Below, in pieces: positions 11,101-19,671 of a DNA stretch of 36,109 nucleotides. The stretch is from an uncultured virus (IMG/VR IMGVR_UViG_3300031659_000001) (lineage: Duplodnaviria; Heunggongvirae; Uroviricota; Caudoviricetes). The first letter of the stretch is position 1. Every line of letters starts with the position of its first letter. Position numbers and translations under genes: made by a program. The notes beneath the pieces are model-generated. The model was not told where the DNA came from and did no database searches. It saw nothing but the letters and a program-made list of their open reading frames with translations. The DNA is taken from IMG/VR virus record IMGVR_UViG_3300031659_000001; one strand, given 5' to 3'.

Positions 11101-14100
11101 AGAGCGTCACTCGGTCTTCAAGCCTCCGATTGGAAATACACATCAACCCATTTTGAAGATAGTTCACGGTGGTTACTTGTCAAATCCACAGCCGGTAAGA
11201 AAACCACAGATATGGAAACATACGGTGGTGTTGGTTTATTGAATTATAATGATGTAGATAGTGGCAACCCTGCCACCTTAGTAGATGCTAATGGTAAGGT
11301 GTATGGGACAATTACAAGCGCACTGGATGAACGAGCAGTGACCTTTCAAGGAACAACCTACACCTATTCACGACTCAAATTAGCCTCTTTGGTTGCCGAT
11401 ATACCCGAAGGCACAATTCTCCATAGGGTTGAACCCACTCTTACTCTTGTAGCAAATATCACTCAAACACTCCGTCACGGTCAAATGCTGTTCAAGGGTA
11501 AAGGGCTGAATAAGTGGCAAATTGCGCTGGAAAACGGCCATGTTATCAATTCAAGGTTCCCTAAATTGAAAAACGCTTATGCCGACCAACACGAAGAAAT
11601 AACAAGTTTGACGAACGCCGATACCACATTAAACACTGCCCAAAATGTGGTGTTGAATAAAGCCGTTATCAAGAACGGTTTGAAAAGTGAAGTAAGCACC
11701 ATTACAGCCTCCACCGCCGCTAATATCGGTTCTCAAGGATATGTGCATAGGCCATTCCGAACAATTAGATCGGTCAATAGCGAGCGTGTTAAGGGTTTAG
11801 CAATCCCGAATGAAGCAAGAGTTTGGGAAAACATACCAGTGACCGATGATACAGGTGCGGAATTGATACTTGAAGGGGGTTCACCGTTTGGAACTGTCAT
11901 CAAGGACTACGATTACAAGCAAAATCGCATTGACCCTAAAACAAACACCGCTTCTTCTCTTCCATCCACGCCCGGTAGTGGAATTGAGCCGAACTTGGAA
12001 ATCCAAATGCCATCGCAGGATGAAATACCGGGCAACATTCTCGTCCGTAGTGGACACGACCGTGTGCAAGCATGGAAACACCTTTCGTGGGGCATGGGTG
12101 GTTTAAGTCCTCCAAGACCCGACGAACCGGGTGTGATCGAGGCCAACACCGACCCCTACGACACCAACGCAGGAGAAGCCACACAGTTCGACACAAACGA
12201 CCGAGTGTTGCATTTCCACCCTGTGCGTATTTTGCACGACACGCTGACTTCTCAATTCGGTCTATCACTGAACAATACTCCCGGTGCCGTTGCCAGTGGT
12301 TCGACACGATTGTTTGCGGCCCACCGCCTCTCCGACCACGCTGAACGAGGTTCGGTATTGCCGGAAACACAGAACGGTGCTGTCCAAAGCACCAATATAC
12401 ATGCACACCACAGAATACGGTTTGGCCGTCAAGGTCATCACTTTGTATCACCCTCCACGATCCGTGGAACACCACAGTCCCTACGGCGTCAATTGCACCG
12501 TTCTCACGGCTCGGCTTATTCACTAATGTTTGAAGCGGAGAGCGAAAACAAGCACTTTGGTTTCCAATCGGCCCACGGAGATAATGACTCAAATACCTTC
12601 TTTTTGGACACTTTAGAAGTCAAATCGAGTAGTAACAACACTGGTTCTTTCAGTGCCGACGGGTTGCCTCACGCTGAAATCGAAAACAACGCCCTGCCGA
12701 ACCACGAACGGTTCTATGGTTCAGCACCAAATGACGGCTATGACATGCTTTTCGCACCCGGACAGGAACATACCTTGACCGAGGGTGCCAAAGAACAGGT
12801 GCATTTCGTTTCGGGTGTTCAAGGTATAGAGGTTTCTAATTTCGGGGGATATGGTAACGCTGGTAGTAGTGCCGCAGTAGCCTTAGAATTGGCTTCAACA
12901 CGAACCGTGGGCCACCGGCATAATGCGGGTGAAGAGTTCGCTATAAACGGGTTCTTCCTCAATCAATACTTGCTCATGGGTGGTCGCCCACTACCCTCTT
13001 TACGCACATTACAACATGAGCGAAGTGGTGTAGATCCTCACGCTTATACATACAACGGACACCCTGCTGGGTGGCATCAGCCCCGTGTTGGGACAGAACT
13101 GGCTACTGTGCCACCATTGTTCGCCCACGACCCCGATATGGTGAACGCATCGGCTACTCCGGTTGCTATTATTGAATCACCAACAGCAACAGCACACTTT
13201 ACCCAAGTGTCGGCCCATAATGACCTTGCTTTGGTTAAGGCCAGCGACACGAACTCCGGTGCTACACCCGACGCATTCCTTTGCACATGGCTGGCGGAAT
13301 ATAGCCACCCTGCACTATTTGGCACAAGCCGTGAGCATTACATGACATTCCGCTATCGTTCAGCAGGTATGCCAAAAGCGGTTGATAACCCAGCAGTTCG
13401 TGGTCTAATGCTAAGAAACGCCACCCAATCCGGTGCCCAAACCACAGGGACTCCGAAGAAGGCTATGGCATTTGAACGACTTTATGCGTTCCAATGGTTG
13501 CAGAACTTCGGCTACAACGGATTGAATGCTGGCGGTCACGGTGCGAACTGGGGAACAAGAGCCGCCAGTTCCGTGCTGATGGGTCACACTACACTTCGAG
13601 AACCGCATGGGACACTGGAATTAAGGCCGAACTTCTTGATGCGAGGCTATGGACGGCGTTATAGTCGTGGTGAAGGTATCGGTGATGGGCTTAATCCATA
13701 CAAATTAGTTTCACGAACAATACTCGACAAAGACGCTGACGATAATGGGGTATGGAACGAGATTACTACGGTGATGAACCCCATGGTGGCTGTTGATTGG
13801 AGCCGTCGCTTGCCTGTGCGAGCATGGGGATTCCGAACAGGTAGTGATGCTCTCAATATGTTGGCGGGCGATCCTGCTGAAACACTCACCACGCAACAGA
13901 AGATACAAGCCTCCGGTCGTTTCGACGGTGGAGTGCATGACACCATGAACACCCTGCCGGTTGGAAGCGATTGGCAGACCCTATCAGCCTACACAGGTGT
14001 GGAAAGAAGTGTTCCTATTGGTTTTGTTGTAAGTGAGCATACAAACGAAGGCCATGATTTAGAAGGCTTTTCACGCCTGTCAAACGAAGCATGGACAAAA

Positions 14101-17100
14101 GGCGAAACACCAGCCGGTATGGGTCGTGTGCTGGATTTGGAGGACATTGGACTCGTTAAAGCAAATGCTTTACCAGCAGGTATGGTTGATTCGCACCGAA
14201 CCGAGTTCGCCACTATAACAGGCACAGCCGCTAAGTTCCTAAAGTCTAAACCATTGAACAAAGGTTCAGATCCTATTATTGGTTTGAATCACCATTCCGG
14301 TGATGCTACTTTAGCCGCAGGTTCGGTTGAAGCAGTGACTCAATCCACCGCATTTGGTGGCGGAACTACATTCATACATCATAAAGGAAATAACCTTCAT
14401 CTCAACGCACACCCAGTCGATCACAAAGTGAGCAGTGGCGACCAAACCCATTTCCCAGCACACGGATGGGGACGCTCATTGGACATGAAGAACAAGAATA
14501 CAGCCGACCGAGGTGTCATGCCTATTCCTCTATCCGAAATAGCCGACCACCGACAGGTGCAATCCGACCTTTCACCTCGATTGGGTATGGTTATTGAAAC
14601 CGAAAGCGAGCGAACTACTGGAAAGAACGAAGACTATATCGTAACCAGCACCAAGGCAGTTTCACTACACAGCGATTTAGCCATTGGACAACAGTTCCCA
14701 TTGACCCCTTCTTGGGTATCGCAAACCAAGTGGACAAAGTTCGCCGGAGGCGCAACGACAGCCGCCACAGGGCCGGATGCTACTTACGGCGGCCCTCTCT
14801 CCCCTAACCAAAAATGGCAAATGCCTCAATGGTCTTTGGATAGAGAGACAAACCACGGTGCCCCTGCTAATTCCGATACCATCACTATGTTCGATGGTAA
14901 GGGTGTCTTAGACCACTGGGCTGTTCGTGGTTGCGGTGACTTACCGCCTTGGGGCGGAGTATATATTGTCCGTAAGACTTGGCTTGAGCGACCCGAAAAC
15001 AACAACAACAACCGGGCCATAATGCCATATGACGCCTCCGACTCTTTACACAGTCAAAGCCCAGTCCCAGTATCGGCAGTGGAACAACCCGTGCGTAAAA
15101 CAGCCGACTACATCATGCGTATGGTGCGACCTCTCAAGGCGTTTGGTTTCACTACCCGTAAAGACTGGGATGACACAGACCAATTCACACAGGATGGATG
15201 GTTGTTGGGTGCTTACTCAACGGTTACATCGTCGGGCCATGGGCACCAGCCTTTCACCCGTGACAAACGATACGGTATGTTTGAAATGAACCAATCTAAG
15301 ATGCCCGGAACGATTGAACCAATTGGTTCTCGAAGCGATACTGCGCCTACAATGGAATGGCCGGATGCCAACGAGCGTGATGTTACATGGCACTTGATAC
15401 CAAGCGCAAACATGCTTCAACACTTCAAGTCGGATGCTTCAAGACGAGATGGTGAGGGTAGATTGGTTCCATCTGTAGATCCACGCTATTCCCAAAGCAC
15501 CCATCCGGGTGGCAAAGGGGTTGTTTCGCAAACCCAAACAAGTTTCACCGCTACTACAACAGCGATATTAGACCCTTACAACAGGCGTGGTGCAGATCAA
15601 GATGTTGTCAAAGCACAGGCTGACTTGGCGATGACTACACTTGGGCCGAAGCAATTGATTTCTATTGATGGGGGAACATACATCACAGTGGCCGATGCAA
15701 CAGTATTCCCTGCAACGGGAACATTGGTGATTATTGGTTTGACAGGACAATTAACCTACAACGCAAGAACCGAAAGCAGACTTACTATTTCAGCCAGCAC
15801 AGGTGAGTGTTCGAGTATCGCTGACCTTGCAGGGAGAAACATTTACTTTGGTAAGAATGGTGCCACTGTCGCCGCTACGGTAGCGAACATCTACCCTTCT
15901 AAGCACTCTCTTGTTGTCTTGCCTTCATTGGTGGACAATGCTGTCTCCGTCGGCCTTTCATTATCCGATAAATGGGATGCTACGGACAGTGGTGATACCA
16001 AGACATTCTCCCCTAATATGGGCTATCGAGGCATTGGGCACTACGACCCATCGGATTTCCGAATGCTGACTCCCCAGCGTTTCGTGCTAAACGACGGAGC
16101 AAAGGAAGGTGTCATTTCATATGTCAAGAGGCCGGGAACAGGTGGGTTGAACAAAATATATGTCGATGGAAGGGAACTTTCTAAGGCAAACCACCCTCCT
16201 TATTTGCTCGATTCTATCAATAAGAAGTGGCGCATCGCTGGTGCTGATGTCATCTCCGGTGAAGGCAATTGGCAAGAGAACCTATTGAAGTTCCGAAACA
16301 TCAACGGCGAGTCCCTTAGTGGCGGCGGTATGTCTTTGGGTGGCACTGTTCGATTAGGGCACTACATGGCAGTTGGTGTGAGATCCACCGACGCCTCTTT
16401 GATGTTGCTTGACGACATCGGCCAGTCAATACCGGGTGCTGACCTCCTGCCGTATGAAACAGCAAATGAGCCGACAATGGTTGATGACGCAATCTACTCT
16501 TACCCATCAGCGTCAAACATAGGATATTACCTACAAGCCAATAACAAGGTTTCGCAATCCGCTATGGTTAATGCCCACCCCTCCCTTTCATCGACCATTG
16601 AACATAGTAGTGTTTTCGTGAGCAGGGACGCAAGAGGTATTGGAGTTCTCGATACAATGCGTGGGTTTTCGCAAATGGATGGACGACAAATGCTGATGGA
16701 TGATACAGGAAGAATCATCTATTCGGGTGAGGTCTTCCTTGGCCGAGAACAACGCATTGGTTCATCCAGTGGCCCTCAAATGGTAGAGGTTTCTTCTATG
16801 TTGGAGATGGCAAACCATGTAATTGTCGAAGGTGATAGGATAGCCGAAAACGAAACAATCCGAGCCGAGGTCAAAGACCTTGAAAAAGCCAAGTTAATGG
16901 GCGGAAAGGGCAACGAAGAGGGTGTCCTTCGCACTTTACTTCAACAGGTTCCGGGTGTGAAGGAAAGGGCACTGGCTTTGAAAATGGCGAAACAATTTAT
17001 GAATCGAACCGAGCAAGGTTCCGCTATGATTAGGGTTACTGGACTCGTTAAAGCAAGTCATTTACAACCGGGTGAAATCATCGGAGTGGACTTTGTTAAT

Positions 17101-17697
17101 GAAGGCATCAAGGGCCAATATGCTGTGTTTGAAGTCACCAACCACAGCACTGGTGGCACGACTGATATAGTAATTGGACAGTATGAGAAGGGTATTGAGG
17201 GGCTTCTTGCCGACATGCTCACATCAACAGCCAGCAACAGCGAAGAAGACCCAACACGCCTAAAGGATCGTATTGAAATGTCCTTAAGTGGGTCAGTTCG
17301 TTTGGTCGCCGCCAGCCGTGTGAGAACACGGATTGTCAATAATACCCGTTTCATCATTGGTGGTCGCTGGCGAGGCTCACCTACAAACAGCCAATTGGGT
17401 TCTATTGGAGTGCAAGGTGGTGCTACTGGTGTTATCAAGAACGGTGCAATCAACGCCAATGCTACAACCGCTATCGCCGTCGATGGTGTGGATGCAACCC
17501 TCCGCTTCGGCGCAAACGACCTACTCTATACACTGGCTGGTTTGTATGTTGGGCGTGTTCAATCCGTCACCGCTACCGGCATTACGCTGACAGCAAATAA
17601 CATCGTTGCCATAGCCGACAACCTCCAATTAAGGGTAAAGTCAAAGAGGGCCGACCCAGTGGGTCATTCTAAGTCCGTGTTCTACGAGGTGAGATAA
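8113..17697 (+). CDS. Giant tail/baseplate protein (3194 aa) with repeated beta modules and a C-terminal baseplate-hub-like domain
   Basis: Start moved to the ATG at 8113, 1 nt after the upstream TAA. Gly/Thr/Ser/Asn-rich. About 8 copies of a 'GD.I....G..(I/V)G.(I/V)' module. Hub-like C-terminal motifs ANHVIVEG and LQPGEIIGVDF...GQYAVFEV. Confidence 0.75.
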   Translation: MADVLTFAKQEYPAARRPIGSDDGIPASGYFSLHFTYPDTAYEDPTVMTFAKAGTNQLGINYMIRTPLAGDSTNAAADGEDARNGTNTIVIDLKRAAVAHAAAISAGAVMPAKTFDLGTEEATRLIAATINSTRNRQIGAHSKSRYLRARYVKMSGSKQYGGWGTETGGGHLKQGFLNGQDIGGGSSSYLRVNQSVSPAGYAAGSTHEIRVDGTGATNAPGNYLTPGENIYTVANDFVGKILEIDGRTIRFYEPIACALLDNDKLRGGWLRLFKFGSARERDIIGADSTTANGFNFNNMPTDIPKRGTIVGNPNSTLNDASNQDVGTYTLTYDGWQIVSDTSIQFNITKAETTAAGGVKDITDSTTTDADQPTWFVQNDTTEQHTVVVSWEIDAPTGGGYWGTANGGPIVQGLGASLPVWYMTAKPMDGGNLGLPATNAESRGAVPATHTTGHGYSRFSIEGLNSCSLPDMPPPDKPFDGPSITGSTEADPFQWTGLNTALNAHQEDELLITKGEFGTRMDDAGPFETNCMISTNANITGGKIIKTLTPATNISAHFDDGDSIFSADGTAIGTIAANGISGLTSTELSVIGPKTVDSGVTISTAFGSTVNGVPPRGGSRVYSTGSTYPWYHGSGGLSTIMTGGAAPDSFFNLGDEVMNASNGLIGTVPKARLVRRFAPGQHNDGCLINTGDSNPISSAANLDIINIQVDQIDPNLIYHVGEKIYSQDTFYNTGVSIQQGQNAAEEATPMLMTIPSFGGGIDPASAGQNGARIQAGDHIFLLVSNVMTLVGVAESAMDGEIALTGNNLIAVAPNDVLYVYGYIGTIKTIQETQHTISVSGYAARSFGTGVSVVDFSANNSSDFRGKIIAGSTIKAGSNLIGVVSSVGERQITFVANIATAVTTTTQMTVIGNTTWNIELEAKLDYGNSRSYVNDITNAGDQYLVLSNNSSIMGESLTNKSMTFADSTGLLPGVTSEQLALEERLYTPGVNWNQGVNNRASLGLQASDWKYTSTHFEDSSRWLLVKSTAGKKTTDMETYGGVGLLNYNDVDSGNPATLVDANGKVYGTITSALDERAVTFQGTTYTYSRLKLASLVADIPEGTILHRVEPTLTLVANITQTLRHGQMLFKGKGLNKWQIALENGHVINSRFPKLKNAYADQHEEITSLTNADTTLNTAQNVVLNKAVIKNGLKSEVSTITASTAANIGSQGYVHRPFRTIRSVNSERVKGLAIPNEARVWENIPVTDDTGAELILEGGSPFGTVIKDYDYKQNRIDPKTNTASSLPSTPGSGIEPNLEIQMPSQDEIPGNILVRSGHDRVQAWKHLSWGMGGLSPPRPDEPGVIEANTDPYDTNAGEATQFDTNDRVLHFHPVRILHDTLTSQFGLSLNNTPGAVASGSTRLFAAHRLSDHAERGSVLPETQNGAVQSTNIHAHHRIRFGRQGHHFVSPSTIRGTPQSLRRQLHRSHGSAYSLMFEAESENKHFGFQSAHGDNDSNTFFLDTLEVKSSSNNTGSFSADGLPHAEIENNALPNHERFYGSAPNDGYDMLFAPGQEHTLTEGAKEQVHFVSGVQGIEVSNFGGYGNAGSSAAVALELASTRTVGHRHNAGEEFAINGFFLNQYLLMGGRPLPSLRTLQHERSGVDPHAYTYNGHPAGWHQPRVGTELATVPPLFAHDPDMVNASATPVAIIESPTATAHFTQVSAHNDLALVKASDTNSGATPDAFLCTWLAEYSHPALFGTSREHYMTFRYRSAGMPKAVDNPAVRGLMLRNATQSGAQTTGTPKKAMAFERLYAFQWLQNFGYNGLNAGGHGANWGTRAASSVLMGHTTLREPHGTLELRPNFLMRGYGRRYSRGEGIGDGLNPYKLVSRTILDKDADDNGVWNEITTVMNPMVAVDWSRRLPVRAWGFRTGSDALNMLAGDPAETLTTQQKIQASGRFDGGVHDTMNTLPVGSDWQTLSAYTGVERSVPIGFVVSEHTNEGHDLEGFSRLSNEAWTKGETPAGMGRVLDLEDIGLVKANALPAGMVDSHRTEFATITGTAAKFLKSKPLNKGSDPIIGLNHHSGDATLAAGSVEAVTQSTAFGGGTTFIHHKGNNLHLNAHPVDHKVSSGDQTHFPAHGWGRSLDMKNKNTADRGVMPIPLSEIADHRQVQSDLSPRLGMVIETESERTTGKNEDYIVTSTKAVSLHSDLAIGQQFPLTPSWVSQTKWTKFAGGATTAATGPDATYGGPLSPNQKWQMPQWSLDRETNHGAPANSDTITMFDGKGVLDHWAVRGCGDLPPWGGVYIVRKTWLERPENNNNNRAIMPYDASDSLHSQSPVPVSAVEQPVRKTADYIMRMVRPLKAFGFTTRKDWDDTDQFTQDGWLLGAYSTVTSSGHGHQPFTRDKRYGMFEMNQSKMPGTIEPIGSRSDTAPTMEWPDANERDVTWHLIPSANMLQHFKSDASRRDGEGRLVPSVDPRYSQSTHPGGKGVVSQTQTSFTATTTAILDPYNRRGADQDVVKAQADLAMTTLGPKQLISIDGGTYITVADATVFPATGTLVIIGLTGQLTYNARTESRLTISASTGECSSIADLAGRNIYFGKNGATVAATVANIYPSKHSLVVLPSLVDNAVSVGLSLSDKWDATDSGDTKTFSPNMGYRGIGHYDPSDFRMLTPQRFVLNDGAKEGVISYVKRPGTGGLNKIYVDGRELSKANHPPYLLDSINKKWRIAGADVISGEGNWQENLLKFRNINGESLSGGGMSLGGTVRLGHYMAVGVRSTDASLMLLDDIGQSIPGADLLPYETANEPTMVDDAIYSYPSASNIGYYLQANNKVSQSAMVNAHPSLSSTIEHSSVFVSRDARGIGVLDTMRGFSQMDGRQMLMDDTGRIIYSGEVFLGREQRIGSSSGPQMVEVSSMLEMANHVIVEGDRIAENETIRAEVKDLEKAKLMGGKGNEEGVLRTLLQQVPGVKERALALKMAKQFMNRTEQGSAMIRVTGLVKASHLQPGEIIGVDFVNEGIKGQYAVFEVTNHSTGGTTDIVIGQYEKGIEGLLADMLTSTASNSEEDPTRLKDRIEMSLSGSVRLVAASRVRTRIVNNTRFIIGGRWRGSPTNSQLGSIGVQGGATGVIKNGAINANATTAIAVDGVDATLRFGANDLLYTLAGLYVGRVQSVTATGITLTANNIVAIADNLQLRVKSKRADPVGHSKSVFYEVR

Positions 17698-18038
17698 TGC
17701 CAATACTTGATGGAATAAAAGCCAAATTAGCCGACCACCTACAAGGTTTGCTTACTCAAATAAGCCTCGGAACATCGGGGGGACAAGCCTCACGCCGTGA
17801 CGGTGGGGCAGGGAATGTAGTGTTCAGCACTACTCCTACTGTCCAGCGTGTGGATGACCGCACGATTTCAGCAAATGCTATTTTCTCGACTGATTTGATC
17901 AGTTCATCGGATGTTAAGGAGGTGGTGTTGCATGGTGCTACACCACTTGACAATCCTGCTTTTAGGGCGTCTTTCGTTCCTATTAGCAAGAATGCAACCA
18001 ACGAGATCCGTGTAGATATTGTAATGGAAGTGCGATAA
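17697..18038 (+). CDS. Small tail/baseplate structural protein
   Basis: 113 aa with TAATG stop/start coupling at both ends. Pattern ISLGTSG...KEVVLHG...FRASFVPISK...IRVDIVMEV is typical of small phage tail/baseplate proteins. Confidence 0.6.
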   Translation: MPILDGIKAKLADHLQGLLTQISLGTSGGQASRRDGGAGNVVFSTTPTVQRVDDRTISANAIFSTDLISSSDVKEVVLHGATPLDNPAFRASFVPISKNATNEIRVDIVMEVR

Positions 18039-19168
18039 TGGGGACAACAGGAATAACAGAAGGGCATGAAAAAACGGGAACGAGTGCAACATGGCAAGCC
18101 GATGGATTAAGGGACACAGATGTTCTTTCCTCCGCTACGCTCACCAATTTTGTTGAACGAGGCATTGGAAACGGTGTTATCCCTATCGGACTCACGAACT
18201 ATCAAACAGACAGTGGGGGTTCGGACAGGAACAACCCCATTGTAGGGAACTGTGTGACTCGACCAAATGGTGGTGGTGGTGCTAATTCCATTTTCGTTGA
18301 TGCAGGGGTAGTATGCCTCGACGGTGTATTCTACAATGTAGGGCACGCAAACGCATTCGATTTCAATACAAGCGCATATTACAATGGTCGTTTCAATTCG
18401 GGCGGAATGGTTCTACCAAGTGGTTCCAACCAAGAATGTTGGGTGCTTGTCATTGTCGATCCGGAACTCAATGGAACAAATAATGTAGGTCTTGTATGTG
18501 GCCCTGTGGTGGATGTCAGCACTGGTGTCTATCCGCAAATGCCTTATTCTCACCTTGTCAAGCAATCGGTCGTTTTGGCGGCTATGCGAATCACCTATGC
18601 CAGCCCACTGAATGTGGCGGCTATCGAGGACAAAAGAATGTTCATTCGTGGTGGCCCTATGCCCTTAACAACATTGAAGAAGGCAAATGGCGACGCAACC
18701 GATCCAATAAATGATTATGGAACTTCGCCCTCATTGACCGCCGGGACTTTGCCCGAAACAGGACTTGGTGTATTTTATGCAAGAAACCCTGTTGGACATA
18801 ACGCCGCTTTAGGTGCAATTCATGGTGCAAACCAAACCCATTTATTCTATCAATCCGACGCCGCTTTAGGTGCTGGTGCCGGTGGTTCGTATCAAATTAC
18901 CCCGTCACATAGGTCGGAGAAAGAAATAAAACCTGTGGGTAGTTCGGCTGGTGCCTTAGCGGCATTGGCTTGCACACCACTCGCCAGTGCTACTGGTGCG
19001 GCTAATACGCACTTAATTAGTATCAATTGGTCGAATGCAAATGGTTCTTCAACGAAAGCACTGGTGCAAAATATCCACTATACCGTGAGTGGGAAAGTAG
19101 TCAGTGTCACATCGGCTGGTGCTGGTGCGGGACAAGCGGAAATCACCTATACCCATTCGGGGTATTAA
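18038..19168 (+). CDS. Putative tail fiber/baseplate protein
   Basis: 376 aa, TAATG-coupled, Gly/Ala/Thr-rich. 'IFVDAGVVCLDG' and 'AIEDKRMF' resemble N-terminal anchor domains of tail fibers. Confidence 0.55.
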   Translation: MGTTGITEGHEKTGTSATWQADGLRDTDVLSSATLTNFVERGIGNGVIPIGLTNYQTDSGGSDRNNPIVGNCVTRPNGGGGANSIFVDAGVVCLDGVFYNVGHANAFDFNTSAYYNGRFNSGGMVLPSGSNQECWVLVIVDPELNGTNNVGLVCGPVVDVSTGVYPQMPYSHLVKQSVVLAAMRITYASPLNVAAIEDKRMFIRGGPMPLTTLKKANGDATDPINDYGTSPSLTAGTLPETGLGVFYARNPVGHNAALGAIHGANQTHLFYQSDAALGAGAGGSYQITPSHRSEKEIKPVGSSAGALAALACTPLASATGAANTHLISINWSNANGSSTKALVQNIHYTVSGKVVSVTSAGAGAGQAEITYTHSGY

Positions 19169-19169
19169 G

Positions 19170-19406
19170 GTGGTTAATCACTATCGTAATAAGGTGACAC
19201 AGGACTGTCCGGGTTGTAAAACCGGCGTTCTCGCAATACGCATAAACGGGTTTTATGCTGGAAGTAGGGAAAGGATATTCTTATGGGAATGTCCTGCGTG
19301 CGGTGAACTATGGCGGAACGCACGACCGATGTTGAAAGGCGTGCCGCCGATGTTGGATTCGGTGTCCTCAAAGGAAAGTTCCAAGGATATTCAAAAAATA
19401 ACTTAG
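19170..19406 (+). CDS. Small Zn-ribbon protein
   Basis: GTG start 1 nt after the upstream TAA. CPGC...WECPACG Zn ribbon. The last 97 nt overlap the next ORF. Confidence 0.6.
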   Translation: MVNHYRNKVTQDCPGCKTGVLAIRINGFYAGSRERIFLWECPACGELWRNARPMLKGVPPMLDSVSSKESSKDIQKIT

Positions 19407-19585
19407 AGGGTCGTGCTGAACGACAGTCTAAGAAACGCTCATGGAGTGTTTCTCGTAAGAACAAAACAAAACGCACAGCAAACCGCTACAAACGGGCTAA
19501 ACTTCGTGGTAGTGGTTCGGGGGCAAGACCTAAAATGCGCCGTTCATTAGGTGCAGGTGGGACAAGACCAGCGAGGGATCGATGA
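19310..19585 (+). CDS. Highly basic Arg/Lys-rich small protein, possibly DNA-condensing
   Basis: 91 aa. GGTGA Shine-Dalgarno-like motif just upstream of the ATG. C-terminal half is dominated by R/K/G/S. ATGA coupling to the next ORF. Confidence 0.6.
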   Translation: MAERTTDVERRAADVGFGVLKGKFQGYSKNNLEGRAERQSKKRSWSVSRKNKTKRTANRYKRAKLRGSGSGARPKMRRSLGAGGTRPARDR

Positions 19586-19668
19586 TGTTAGGTATATTTT
19601 ATGCCTTTCTCATGGTGACGGGTGTTTTCATTCTGTATGAGTTTTTGGCCGTAGATGAGAGGCGTTAG
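19582..19668 (+). CDS. 28-aa single-transmembrane microprotein (not in the ORF track)
   Basis: Translated by hand: MMLGIFYAFLMVTGVFILYEFLAVDERR*. ATGA overlap with the upstream stop, and it ends 3 nt before the methyltransferase ATG. Confidence 0.55.
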   Translation: MMLGIFYAFLMVTGVFILYEFLAVDERR

Positions 19669-19671
19669 GTT

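Noticed and set aside
11936..12592. 218-aa minus-strand ORF and other antisense ORFs inside the giant genes
   Set aside because: Shadow ORFs of long coding regions with no recognisable motifs or coupling.
14998..15012. (AAC)5 microsatellite; also the Gly-codon run near 33625-33645
   Set aside because: Short in-frame poly-Asn and poly-Gly linkers with no sign of phase variation.
461..19168. Diversity-generating retroelement acting on tail proteins
   Set aside because: No reverse transcriptase and no near-identical TR/VR nucleotide pair seen. The repeats are visible only at protein level.
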